Source: Patescibacteria group bacterium
GTDB taxonomy: Bacteria > Patescibacteriota > JABMPQ01
NCBI GenBank assembly: GCA_018818965.1
Contig: JAHJQX010000024.1
Location: forward strand, 6,105 to 70,104
DNA: 64,000 bases
Direction: 5' to 3'
Shown: piece after piece, positions 48,254-57,677 of the stretch
Layout of the letters: each line of letters begins with the position of its first letter
Numbering within the stretch: the stretch's first letter is position 1
Program-made: the position numbers and the translations under genes
The notes under the pieces: model-generated
Databases searched by the model: none
Seen by the model: the letters and a program-made list of their open reading frames with translations, nothing else
What the model was told of the DNA's origin: nothing

Positions 48254-50335
48254 TTATTTATCAATCAGCGCTAAATTTATCCGACCCATCTCATCAATCT
48301 CAATCACTTTAACTTTCACGGTATCTCCCATTTTCACCACATCTTCAACTTTATTAACTCGTTGTTTGGACAATTTTGAGATATGAATCATACCATCTGT
48401 GCCTGGGAAAATCTCGACGAAAGCACCAAAATCCATGATGCGAACTACCTTACCAGTATACTCTTCGCCTAATTCAGCTTCTTTAGTTAGATCATCAACC
48501 CAAGTTCGAGCTTCCTGCATCTTCTTTTCGTCGACTGAGGTAATAGTCACTGAACCATCATCCTCAATATCAATTTCTACCCCCGTTTTATCAATGATCG
48601 CATTGATCATTTTACCACCAGGACCAATTACATCCCGTATTTTCTCCGGATTTATTTTGAAAGTAACTATTCTAGGGGCATATTCTGATAATTCCGGTCG
48701 GGGCTTATCAATTACCTTATTCATTGCCTCTAGTAATTCCAGACGAGCCTTCTTGGCCTGAGCAAAGGTATCAGCTACCATATCATCGGTTAAGCCATGC
48801 GTTTTAGTATCCATCTGAACAGCTGTGATACCATCTGTGGTACCGGCAACCTTAAAGTCCATGCCACCTACAGTATCTTCTAAGTCTTGCAGGTCAGTCA
48901 AAATCTTATAATCACCGTTACCATTTTGCACCAGACCCATCGCTATACCAGCCACAGCTTTCTTGATCGGCACGCCAGCGTCCATCAAAGCTAAAGAAGA
49001 TCCACAAGTAGAGGCCATTGAAGAAGAACCATTAGAACCTAATACTTCCGATACCAAGCGAATAGTATAAGGAAAATCTTCCTTATCGGGGACAACTGCC
49101 TCGAGAGCCTTCTCGGCTAGAGCACCATGTCCGATATCACGTCGGGAAGGACCACGCAGCGGCTGCACTTCGCCAACGCTGAAAGGAGGAAAATTATAGT
49201 GATGCATAAAGCGTTTTTTGTATTCCTCTTCCATGCCGTCAATTATCTGCTCTTTGCCAGGAGATCCTAGAGTGGTTATGGTTAAGACCTGTGTCTCACC
49301 CCGCATGAAATAACCTGAACCATGAACGCGTGGTAAGGCACCAGCTTCAATATCCAAGGTTCTGATTTCGTCCATTTTACGACCGCCGATTCTTTTTTCA
49401 TCCTTAAAAACACCTTCGCTAATAAGCCGCTCTAGAGTAGCAAAATAGGTATTTTTGATATTAATTTTTTGCTCCTCACCAAACTCCTCAATTAGCTGTG
49501 CCACAATCTCATCGCCCAAATTATAAATAATTTTCTTTCGCTCAGTCTTTTGCTCAGTGAACAAAATGTCGTTTAGCTTAGCTGAAGCTAACTCCTCCAC
49601 CTTTTGTTTAAGCTTCTCGTCAATTTCGGGAGCTGGCAGGTCTTTTTTCTCTTTGCCGATTTCTTTTTGCGCTTTGGCAATCAAGTCAATTACCTTCTTG
49701 ACGTGTTTTTTACCAAATTCGACAGCCGTTAAAAATGTCTCTTCGTCTGCTTCCTTGGCGCCAGCTTCTACCATGATTACTTTTCCCTCTCCGGTAACAG
49801 CTAGAATAAGGTCTATGATTGATTTCTGACGCGCTGCGAAGGTAGGATTTAATACCAATTCACCATCAACCTGTCCAACCCTGACTGCGGCCATTATCTG
49901 AGAAAAAGGGATGTCAGAGATAGTTAAAGCGCAGCTAGCAGCGATTAAAGCCGGAATGTCAGGATCGTTCTCCTCGTCAAAAGACAGGACATCAACAATG
50001 ACCTGAATATCGTTTCTAATGTGTTGCGGGAACAGAGGTCGCAGAGCACGATCAATTACCCGCGAACTGATGACTGCCTCATCGGATGGACGGCCTTCTT
50101 TTTTGATAAAACGAGAGCCTTTGATTTTGCCTGCGGCGTAGAGTTTTTCTTCATAATCAACCATTAGGGGGAAATAATCCACTTCGCCCCGAACATCATC
50201 GCTCATGACGACTGTTGCCAGTACTTTAGTATCACCATATTGGACGGTGACCGATCCATTGGTCTGCTGAGCATAACGCCCGCTGCCAATAACTAGTTTC
50301 TTTCCTCCAACTTCTGCCTCAAATGTTTTCTCCAT
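48254..50335 (-). CDS. pnp: Polyribonucleotide nucleotidyltransferase
   Basis: DYFPLMVDYEE, IDRALRPLFP, HYNFPPFSVGE, SNGSSSMAS, DFKVAGT, KH and S1 domains. Confidence 0.98.
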   Translation of the reverse strand: MEKTFEAEVGGKKLVIGSGRYAQQTNGSVTVQYGDTKVLATVVMSDDVRGEVDYFPLMVDYEEKLYAAGKIKGSRFIKKEGRPSDEAVISSRVIDRALRPLFPQHIRNDIQVIVDVLSFDEENDPDIPALIAASCALTISDIPFSQIMAAVRVGQVDGELVLNPTFAARQKSIIDLILAVTGEGKVIMVEAGAKEADEETFLTAVEFGKKHVKKVIDLIAKAQKEIGKEKKDLPAPEIDEKLKQKVEELASAKLNDILFTEQKTERKKIIYNLGDEIVAQLIEEFGEEQKINIKNTYFATLERLISEGVFKDEKRIGGRKMDEIRTLDIEAGALPRVHGSGYFMRGETQVLTITTLGSPGKEQIIDGMEEEYKKRFMHHYNFPPFSVGEVQPLRGPSRRDIGHGALAEKALEAVVPDKEDFPYTIRLVSEVLGSNGSSSMASTCGSSLALMDAGVPIKKAVAGIAMGLVQNGNGDYKILTDLQDLEDTVGGMDFKVAGTTDGITAVQMDTKTHGLTDDMVADTFAQAKKARLELLEAMNKVIDKPRPELSEYAPRIVTFKINPEKIRDVIGPGGKMINAIIDKTGVEIDIEDDGSVTITSVDEKKMQEARTWVDDLTKEAELGEEYTGKVVRIMDFGAFVEIFPGTDGMIHISKLSKQRVNKVEDVVKMGDTVKVKVIEIDEMGRINLALIDK

Positions 50336-50354
50336 GAGAAATTTTTCCTTTCTT

Positions 50355-50443
50355 GTCCCAGGAGAAAGCGGATATCAAGGAATAGCGGGAAATATCGGCT
50401 GATATTTCACAGTAACCCATGATATACTCAATTTTCCTGGAAC
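50355..50443 (-). promoter_or_regulatory. Long stem-loop in the pnp 5' leader
   Basis: gttccagga/tcctgggac, atatca/tgatat, gaaatatc-agcc-gatatttc. Confidence 0.55.
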
Positions 50444-50454
50444 TGAATTATCAA

Positions 50455-50967
50455 TTAACTTATTAAGAACTTCTTATCCTTCTCCAAATCAATAAAATCA
50501 TCGGCTTCTTCGATTAACTTGGAAGAAGCACTTTTTTTAAAAGCTACCAACTCTACTTTACAACTCATCGCTCTCTTTAAATGCTGCACCAGCGGAATAA
50601 AGTCACCATCACCAGAAACTATTACGACCGTATCAAGCTTAGGGGCAAATTCGATTGTGTCCATCGCGATTCCGATGTCCCAATCACCTTTTTTCGCTCC
50701 ACCATAGAATATCTGGAGATCTTTAGCTCTCACTTCATAGCCAAATTTTTCTAGAGCGCCGAAAAAGTCCTTTTCTTTCGCAAAAACGTCAGTCTTAATC
50801 ACATAGGCCACGGCTCGAATTAATTTTCGATCAGCTACTGCTGCTTGTAAGACTTCCTTAAAATTTACTTTCTTTTTATAAAGCGCCCGAGCTGAATAAT
50901 ATAGATTCTGGACATCCACAAACACTCCGATACGCTGCTCTTTATGCTTTGAAGCTATCTGCGACAT
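50455..50967 (-). CDS. NYN (LabA/DUF88) domain protein
   Basis: FVDVQNLY, KGDWDIGIAMD, VSGDGDFIPL, ADDFIDL. Confidence 0.9.
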   Translation of the reverse strand: MSQIASKHKEQRIGVFVDVQNLYYSARALYKKKVNFKEVLQAAVADRKLIRAVAYVIKTDVFAKEKDFFGALEKFGYEVRAKDLQIFYGGAKKGDWDIGIAMDTIEFAPKLDTVVIVSGDGDFIPLVQHLKRAMSCKVELVAFKKSASSKLIEEADDFIDLEKDKKFLIS

Positions 50968-50974
50968 ATAATGC

Positions 50975-51241
50975 TTATTTCTTCAACCCTAATTTCTTAA
51001 TTAATTTCTCATATCTCTTTTCATCTTCTCGCTTGAGATAACTGAGTAGTTTCCGCCGCTGATTAACTTTACCTAGTAGGCCACGGCGAGAAGACTCGTC
51101 TTTCTTGTGCTTCTTAAGATGTTTAGCCAGATAATCAATTTCCGCACTGAGAATGGCAATTTGCACCTCTGGCGACCCCGTATCGCCTTTCTTAGTAGCG
51201 TATTTGACGATCAGATTGTCTTTTTTCTTTTTAGTCAGCAT
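50975..51241 (-). CDS. rpsO: 30S ribosomal protein S15
   Basis: [32 protein letters not shown]. Confidence 0.98.
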   Translation of the reverse strand: MLTKKKKDNLIVKYATKKGDTGSPEVQIAILSAEIDYLAKHLKKHKKDESSRRGLLGKVNQRRKLLSYLKREDEKRYEKLIKKLGLKK

Positions 51242-51254
51242 GTTTTTTCGTCCG

Positions 51255-51319
51255 CGATTTTCCAGTATCCAGTAGAAACAGAAAATAGCCGTTAACTACT
51301 CGGCTAAACCAGAAAATCG
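51255..51319 (-). promoter_or_regulatory. Structured rpsO leader (candidate S15-binding element)
   Basis: cgattttctggt/actggaaaatcg stem enclosing a tagccg/cggcta hairpin, ending 13 nt before the ATG. Confidence 0.5.
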
Positions 51320-51496
51320 TAGTTATTTAATATCTAACATCTGCCTGTCAACAGATAGGCTAGTCTATACTAGCACACTAGTTGGATTTAGCAAGGGTTG
51401 TCGCTACTGACGATGTGTCGTACAATGTTAGGTGTTAGAGACTGTTTAAAATATTTCTAGTAGTCCTGCCACCTGAAACCCATAACCTATCCCCTC

Positions 51497-52444
51497 ATGC
51501 CCCAAAAGGCTAACAACCAGATTAATTCCCTCCTCACCGAATTCCTCGAGTACTGCGAGATTGAAAAAAACCACAGCCAAAAAACGATTAAGAATTACGA
51601 TCATTATCTGTGTCGTTTTTTAATTTGGGCGGAAATCAATGAGCCGGAACAAATCACTCTCGATTTGATTAGAAAATATCGCATTTATCTCAATCGCCTG
51701 CAAGACGATAAAGGTAATAATCTCAAGAAAATCACTCAAAGTTATCACATCATTGCTATTCGTGCCTTCTTGAAGTACCTAGCCAAGCGTGATATCAAAA
51801 CCTTAGCCTCGGAAAAAATTGAGTTGCCCAAAATTCCAGAGAGAACCGTAGACTTTCTCGATGAATCCGAACTTGAAAGATTACTAGCGACCCCTGACAC
51901 TTCTGACGCCAGAGGCCTACGCGACAAATCTATCCTGGAGCTACTTTTCAGCACCGGTATGCGTATTTCTGAGCTGGTGTCCGTCAATTGCAATCAGATC
52001 GGAGCTAATAAAGACGAACTCACCATTCGCGGGAAAGGCGACAAACCACGCGTGGTTTTTATTTCCCCGGCAGCGAAAAAATGGATTGAGCTATACCTCA
52101 AAAAACGACACGATAACTGCCCGGCACTTTTTATCAACTATCCGCGCGGCCAGACTAAGAAAGAAGATCCCAGCAACCCTGACTTTCGCCGCCTCACTCC
52201 ACGCAGCATCCAGAGAATTATTAGTAAATACGCCAAGCTGGCCGGAATAACTAAAAAAGTGACACCTCATGTCCTGCGTCACTCGATGGCGACTGATTTA
52301 CTGTCCTCCGGGGCTGACATTCGTTCGGTTCAGGCCATGCTCGGCCATAGCAACATCTCCACTACCCAAATTTACACTCACGTGACGGATAAGGGACTTA
52401 AAGAAGTACACCGGGCGTTCCATGGGAAACAAAGGAAGGGTTAA
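51497..52444 (+). CDS. XerC/XerD-family tyrosine recombinase
   Basis: SAM-like N-domain; 'RDKSILELLFSTGMRISEL', GKGDK, HVLRHS, LGH, TTQIYTHV. Confidence 0.93.
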   Translation: MPQKANNQINSLLTEFLEYCEIEKNHSQKTIKNYDHYLCRFLIWAEINEPEQITLDLIRKYRIYLNRLQDDKGNNLKKITQSYHIIAIRAFLKYLAKRDIKTLASEKIELPKIPERTVDFLDESELERLLATPDTSDARGLRDKSILELLFSTGMRISELVSVNCNQIGANKDELTIRGKGDKPRVVFISPAAKKWIELYLKKRHDNCPALFINYPRGQTKKEDPSNPDFRRLTPRSIQRIISKYAKLAGITKKVTPHVLRHSMATDLLSSGADIRSVQAMLGHSNISTTQIYTHVTDKGLKEVHRAFHGKQRKG

Positions 52445-52519
52445 CATTTCTTCCCTAAAAATATACACTAAGTAAATCCCTGGAAAAAAGAACGAACCTT
52501 TCACATACAAGGAGGCGAC

Positions 52520-53446
52520 ATGCCTTTTCTTCTACTCAATGGGAGAAAACCTAGATGGTTGGGCGATCTCATGAGGCTCGCCCAGAAACACGGTTGTGAA
52601 TGCTGTACAACCGGATCGGAGTATAGAATAGCGGAGGCTCTGACAGGTCTCGCCGGAAATGGCGATGGTTTCGCTGGCATACTGGGGGGAGATGGCAGTA
52701 TACAGCAATACCTGACGGCTGCCCTACGACGAAACCTGGCAGCCGAACTCACTGTCGCTCCTCTGGGTGGAGGAACGATGGAACAGCTCCTCAACTGGTT
52801 GGGTTGGAAAGGCACCCCACCACAAATCGCCAGTCAAGTCATTCAAGCTCACCAGTGGGGTAAACTGCGTACCCGAGAAGTTCCTCTGCTGCAAGTTGAG
52901 CATGATGGCAAAGTCCACTACGGATTTATGTTTTTGGTGGGTCCATTGGTTCGCCTGCTCAACAAATATGACCGGGAGGGAAGAAGCGTTTGGCGGGCTT
53001 GTGCCACTGCTGGCTGGTCATCTCTGGCAGCCCTTACCGGGTGGCCAAGAAGATATCAGCGGCTAATCCACCCTGCCCAGACAGAAATCACCCTCGATGG
53101 TCATCCGCGGGACAACTTTAAAAGTCCAACAATCGTCATCGCTTCCATGTTCGACCGCATGGTCTTTCGCTTCCGGCCTTTTTTGCCCGCAGGCGATAGT
53201 CCAGAGTCTGGTAAATTCTTCACCATACTCTCAGACCTGTCACCTTTTGAGATTGTGGCCAGGATCCCCCTCTTTCATCAAGGGCGCGTCCCCGAAAGCT
53301 TGCATCTCCTAAATCATCCGGGCAGTAGATTGACTGTAAAGACTGCTGAGAAATTCTGCACTGTCGACGGCGAGCTCATCCCGATCAAGCCTGGTGAGCC
53401 AATCACCATCACGATCGGTCCAACTGTCAAACTGGTTGTTCCTTGA
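52520..53446 (+). CDS. Diacylglycerol/lipid kinase family protein (divergent)
   Basis: GGDGS, 'PLGGGTM', C-terminal VDGE; SD aggagg; GC-rich. Confidence 0.75.
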   Translation: MPFLLLNGRKPRWLGDLMRLAQKHGCECCTTGSEYRIAEALTGLAGNGDGFAGILGGDGSIQQYLTAALRRNLAAELTVAPLGGGTMEQLLNWLGWKGTPPQIASQVIQAHQWGKLRTREVPLLQVEHDGKVHYGFMFLVGPLVRLLNKYDREGRSVWRACATAGWSSLAALTGWPRRYQRLIHPAQTEITLDGHPRDNFKSPTIVIASMFDRMVFRFRPFLPAGDSPESGKFFTILSDLSPFEIVARIPLFHQGRVPESLHLLNHPGSRLTVKTAEKFCTVDGELIPIKPGEPITITIGPTVKLVVP

Positions 53447-53570
53447 TCAACACCGAGACTGTCCCCCTCCGGATAGTCTTTTTTTTTATTAAAGAGGATC
53501 CCTAAACCCCTTGCGTCTTTCCCTAAACCACGCTAAGGTATTTTTACTGATCAATTTAATTTTCATCATT

Positions 53571-53879
53571 ATGCCAATCACTAAAGCCGCTAAAAAAGCG
53601 TTGAGACAATCGAAAAAACGCCAACAGTGCAATATTAGAATCAAAAACCGGATCAAAACAATCACCCGTCAGGTGAATGATTTGATTAAGGCCGGTAAGA
53701 AAGTAGAAGCAGAGAAGGCTTTGCAAAAAGCATATTCAGCCCTAGACAAAGCAACCAAAAAGAAAAAGATTAAGAAAAATACCGCGGCGCGGCGCAAGTC
53801 ACGACTAGCCAGCGCAGTAAATAAAGCGGGAGGTAAAAAAAAGCAAACTAAAACTACCACCCCAAAGACCAAAAAATAA
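53571..53879 (+). CDS. rpsT: 30S ribosomal protein S20
   Basis: MPITKAAKKALRQS...LDKA.KK..IKKNTAARRKSRL; true start ATG 53571. Confidence 0.96.
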   Translation: MPITKAAKKALRQSKKRQQCNIRIKNRIKTITRQVNDLIKAGKKVEAEKALQKAYSALDKATKKKKIKKNTAARRKSRLASAVNKAGGKKKQTKTTTPKTKK

Positions 53880-53889
53880 TACTTATATT

Positions 53890-53919
53890 AAAAAACAGCT
53901 TGGCCATAGGCTGTTTTTT
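53890..53919. terminator. Bidirectional terminator
   Basis: aaaaaacagc/gctgtttttt. Confidence 0.7.
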
Positions 53920-53935
53920 GTTTTCACTCACCTTT

Positions 53936-54883
53936 CTAACCACACAACCCCACTACTAATAAATCCAGGCCCAACTGCGGCTCAATTTTACTGGTTTTAA
54001 TCGCCTCGTCCAAATCTAGCAGCTTACGATAAATCATCTTTAATCCGGCTGAACTATAATTACTCGCCTGCTGAGCTGTTTTCTGAGCAACGAACGGATG
54101 CATCTTCGCTTCTTTGGCTATACTGCGTTGGTTACTACCATTTTCTAGCAATTCTTTAACAATCAACAGATTACGAAATTGATAAGTAATCATGCTGAGT
54201 AAATAAAGGGCATGTTCACCGGATGACAATTGATCATGCAGCAATTTCAAAGCGTTCTCTCTATCCTTGCGTCCCAAAGCGTCCACAAAATTAAAAATAT
54301 TAGTATCTAACTTAGCTTTTACTAACTCATCAATATCTTCCGCCGTAATTTCAACGCCTTTCTTATAAGTAACCAACTTGTCTATTTCCTGCGCCATCTG
54401 CCAGAGATCATTGCCGACATAGGCGGCTAATTTACTAGCTGTATCGGCAGCAATCTTACCACCTCGGCTAACAACTTCAGCAGCAATCCATTTATTCAAG
54501 GCTTGGCCAATTAACAATGTAACTTCCTCCGCCTGACCCTGTTTAGCTAGTAATTTAAATAATTTAGCCCGTTTGTCTGGCACGCCCGCTTCCCAAAAAA
54601 CTACCACTGAGCTCTCCGGCAAACCCTGACTAAGTAAATCGGCAATCCCTGCCAAGAGACTTTTATTTTTCCCACCCAGAATATTCTCGACTATAATTAG
54701 CCTCTTCTCACCCATAAAAGGCGTTGCCTGGACAGCATTTTTCAGTTCGGCCAACTCTACCTGTCTACCATCCAGCTCCTGTAAATTAATGCCGGAAGAA
54801 TCCTTAGCTAGGAAGTTGGCTTTAAGTTTATTTAGTTTTTGACGCGAACGATAATTGTCCTCGCCGTAGAGAAAGATAAGCAT
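53936..54883 (-). CDS. holA: DNA polymerase III delta subunit
   Basis: LYGED.Y, PFMGEKRLIIV, EIDKL, HPFV; convergent with rpsT. Confidence 0.92.
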   Translation of the reverse strand: MLIFLYGEDNYRSRQKLNKLKANFLAKDSSGINLQELDGRQVELAELKNAVQATPFMGEKRLIIVENILGGKNKSLLAGIADLLSQGLPESSVVVFWEAGVPDKRAKLFKLLAKQGQAEEVTLLIGQALNKWIAAEVVSRGGKIAADTASKLAAYVGNDLWQMAQEIDKLVTYKKGVEITAEDIDELVKAKLDTNIFNFVDALGRKDRENALKLLHDQLSSGEHALYLLSMITYQFRNLLIVKELLENGSNQRSIAKEAKMHPFVAQKTAQQASNYSSAGLKMIYRKLLDLDEAIKTSKIEPQLGLDLLVVGLCG

Positions 54884-54892
54884 AAAAATTTA

Positions 54893-54969
54893 GTAAGTTC
54901 ATTATAGTTGTTCTGCGAACATTGCGAAGTTTGATGAGCCTGAGAATAAAACAACTATAATGAACTTAC
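54893..54969. repeat. 20-bp perfect inverted repeat with 37-nt spacer (MITE-like)
   Basis: gtaagttcattatagttgtt (54893-54912) / aacaactataatgaacttac (54950-54969). Confidence 0.75.
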
Positions 54970-55108
54970 CCCAACAACTTTCTCAGTGTACCGCAAATCA
55001 GTCATGTGAACAATAAAGGCGACGGATACGTCAGCTGATAATCGCCGCGTGAATAAAATCTCCTTCCTCACCCCAGACAGTGCCCAACGCCCAGGTGTAG
55101 ATTCTATT

Positions 55109-55507
55109 CTAACTCGTCGCCTTTTTTTCTTTCCCACCCACAACTTCCCTAATTTTGTACAGCAGCTCATCGTAGTCAAAAGGTTTTTCCAGAACGCCTT
55201 TTATTATTCCCAGGCGTTTCATTTCCTCTTGAGAGTTTATCACTGAAGAAAGGGGTAGGGCAGAAATAAGAATCACCGGCACCTTTGGCAGTCGATCATC
55301 CTGCGACATCTTTTGACAGACTTCCACGCCATTTAGATCTGGCATCATGACATCAAGAACCATCACGTCATAATTATATTTTTTCAGTTTGGCCAGCGCG
55401 CCGCGGCCACCATGCGCGACATCAACTCGACACTTAAGCTCATCGGCGACAATTTCTTGAATAATCTCGGCGATGTCTTTATTATTATCCACTATTAAGA
55501 TTTGCAT
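55109..55507 (-). CDS. Single-domain response regulator (REC)
   Basis: ILIVDNN, LDVMMPDLNG, ISA, KPF. Confidence 0.9.
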   Translation of the reverse strand: MQILIVDNNKDIAEIIQEIVADELKCRVDVAHGGRGALAKLKKYNYDVMVLDVMMPDLNGVEVCQKMSQDDRLPKVPVILISALPLSSVINSQEEMKRLGIIKGVLEKPFDYDELLYKIREVVGGKEKKATS

Positions 55508-55509
55508 AA

Positions 55510-55770
55510 TTATTTGTCCTCCGGTAAAACGGCTGATTTAACATTTACTCCTTTAATTTTACCTAACAGCCCAGTGAAAGCACCTAACTGATCAGTATTA
55601 GCCCGCATCAGTATGCCAAATAATGAATTCTGCTTTCGCGGATCGGGAACCTGGATTGAGCCCATCATATACCGTTCAAATTTACTCATCACGCTGACAA
55701 TATCTAGGAAAGCACGTGAACCAGACGGAAAACTTATTAAGATAAATGCCATTCGCGGATATTGAGACAT
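55510..55770 (-). CDS. TM1266-family (iron-only hydrogenase regulator-like, ACT/NikR-C fold) protein
   Basis: C-terminal 'NTDQLGAFTGLLGKIKGVNVKSA' matches the family pattern as recalled. Confidence 0.65.
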   Translation of the reverse strand: MSQYPRMAFILISFPSGSRAFLDIVSVMSKFERYMMGSIQVPDPRKQNSLFGILMRANTDQLGAFTGLLGKIKGVNVKSAVLPEDK

Positions 55771-55827
55771 AAAATTTTTTGTTAATAGACGCTCTCACCC
55801 AGATAGACAGAAAGTTCTCGCAGAATT

Positions 55828-55960
55828 AAAAAATCCCGCCGGGGAAACCAAGCGAGACATTAGCCAAATTGAAAATATATTTTGATTGCATTTGTTTGTC
55901 CTCGTGATCAGACTTCGCCCGTCATCGACTTATCGCCGGGAAAATCAAGTCCTCGCACTT
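55828..55960 (-). promoter_or_regulatory. Candidate attenuator/riboswitch leader
   Basis: Stemmed 5' domain, then terminator gtctcgct/ggcgggat + U tract ~57 nt before the ATG. Confidence 0.45.
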
Positions 55961-56045
55961 AGATTTATTTCTTACAGATATTTTAGCGCTAATTTATTTC
56001 TGCGCCAGTTAATATTTGGGGATAAAATTGGGATAATTGTTACCT

Positions 56046-57045
56046 CTAATTAATATTATGATCATAGCACTTCCCGCCGCCAAAGCTATAATGCCAATAT
56101 TCTCCTTGATATGATTTTCCGCCCACCGCTTTCATTGAGGCTTTCAATATATTTCTTAATTTTGTAATCGGATAACGATTAGCCGTTATATAGCCAAGGC
56201 CTTGATAGCTTGAGGGATTATCCCGCCTAGGATCTAGTTTACGCCCAGCTGAGCCATGATTAGAATTACGATTAAATTCGTCAAACCTTGATCCCAGCCA
56301 AATTTCTCTAATTGTCCCGTCCTTCATCCTGTAACCTAAAGTGGCATCCAAAACTTTACCTTTATTATGACCAGAAATATTTGCCGCTACATAGGCTCGA
56401 CTAACATTATTTCTTTTTGCCCAATCAGCCATCGCGTGAGTTGCTTTGTGTGGCCGATATCCATCCTTGACTATAATATGAATATTATTAGCCATTTCCG
56501 TGCTAAAACCATTTTCTATTAAATTACCCCGCACGATTTCTTGTAATGTATCTAATTTCTTCACGACGTCAGGGTCGAGCCAAACTTCTTTCGCCTCATA
56601 ACCTGGCACTGGTTCACCAGTAAAATTCCGCTTTGTAGCATAAACCGGATCGATCACCACCTCGTCTCGTCTCACTTGTGCCCCCCCTTCTAGTAGCGGC
56701 CATTTGCCTAAAATGAGGATCCCTATCAACACAACCGGGATGAGCCAACACCTCGCCAGGCTTACCAGCCGCATAGACACCAGTAGCAGCAGCCAAAGCT
56801 CCTATAAAACCACGCCGACTGACTCCCTTGGGTCGGCTATTTTGGTTACTTGATTGGCCTGGATCATCATCCAGCGATTTTTCATCTGTTCTTCTTGGAT
56901 CATTCAAAGCATCAACTTCAAAAGTAAGCTGATCCCCAGCGATATCTTCGCTGTTCTCTCGATCAAGTCCTTCAAGTTCTTCACTATACGACTCAGGTTG
57001 AAGATCATCTATAATTTCGTCAATTGGTGGTCTTTCTGGACTCAT
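56046..57045 (-). pseudogene. VanX/DdpX-like D-Ala-D-Ala dipeptidase (M15) split by a frameshift at a G7 tract
   Basis: 5' frame: SRRGFI twin-Arg + TM; 3' frame: YATKRNFTG, DGYRP, SGHNKG..LD, EYWHY; the frames join if one G is removed at 56681-56687. Confidence 0.7.
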
Positions 57046-57099
57046 ATGCTTTGTTAGTTATAACTCCCCTGTCCAATATTATATCTAACTGATTGTAGA

Positions 57100-57273
57100 T
57101 TGACAAGAAGCATAATATATAATACACTACAGTTATGGTTATTATTTGCTGTCTACAATTCAAAAAAGCAAAGAAAAGCCCAACTTTCCGTTGTGGAGTT
57201 TCTTTGTTTAATTTGTAGCTACTAAATAAAGCTTAAATCAAGAATCAGAAACCTCCATAACGGAGGTTTTTTT
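57100..57273 (+). ncRNA. Promoter-hairpin-terminator unit (sRNA or attenuator)
   Basis: TTGACA-17-TACACT; rod 57142-57229; terminator aaacctcc/ggaggttt + T tract. Confidence 0.45.
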
Positions 57274-57301
57274 GTGCACCTTGAAAAAGGAGATGGCGAA
57301 A

Positions 57302-57640
57302 ATGGAATGTTCAAAGTGTGGAACTGGCATGAGGCGCATGCTCGACAGAGAGCTCACAACAAAGACTTACCCCTACTGCGGTAGGCCACTACTCGTAAGA
57401 GATCTCTACCAATATACATGCAGCTCTTGCGGTCACCAAGAGGTTCGAGGGGAAAACCTCCGACCATATCTGGAATGTCCGAACTGCCCGACTCTGGTCG
57501 AAATGGAGCCGCGATATTTCTACATTGACGAAAAGGGGGATCGTCACAACGAGTGTCGCGAAGATTACGACAAACCCCCGACGCTAGCCGAAGTTTACCT
57601 GTTTGTCTGCCACCGCTGTGGATGCCAGGAGAAGATGTAG
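57302..57640 (+). CDS. Double zinc-ribbon protein
   Basis: Four CxxC pairs (CSKC, CSSC, CPNC, CHRC); SD aaggag. Confidence 0.7.
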   Translation: MECSKCGTGMRRMLDRELTTKTYPYCGRPLLVRDLYQYTCSSCGHQEVRGENLRPYLECPNCPTLVEMEPRYFYIDEKGDRHNECREDYDKPPTLAEVYLFVCHRCGCQEKM

Positions 57641-57677
57641 ATAAATTACCATCCAAAATACCAGAAAGGAGAATCTG

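Noticed and set aside
51497-52444. Tyrosine recombinase as a prophage or integron integrase
   Set aside because: XerC/D-like length and motifs among housekeeping genes; no att sites or phage genes nearby
54925-54952. Hammerhead-like tgatgag inside the inverted repeat
   Set aside because: No CUGAUGA with stem II and GAAA core
56690-56780. Hydrophobic N-terminus of track ORF 56046-56780 as a genuine signal peptide
   Set aside because: No clear start context; the upstream frame has a more convincing twin-Arg/TM segment and joins at the G7 tract, though this reading is not fully excluded
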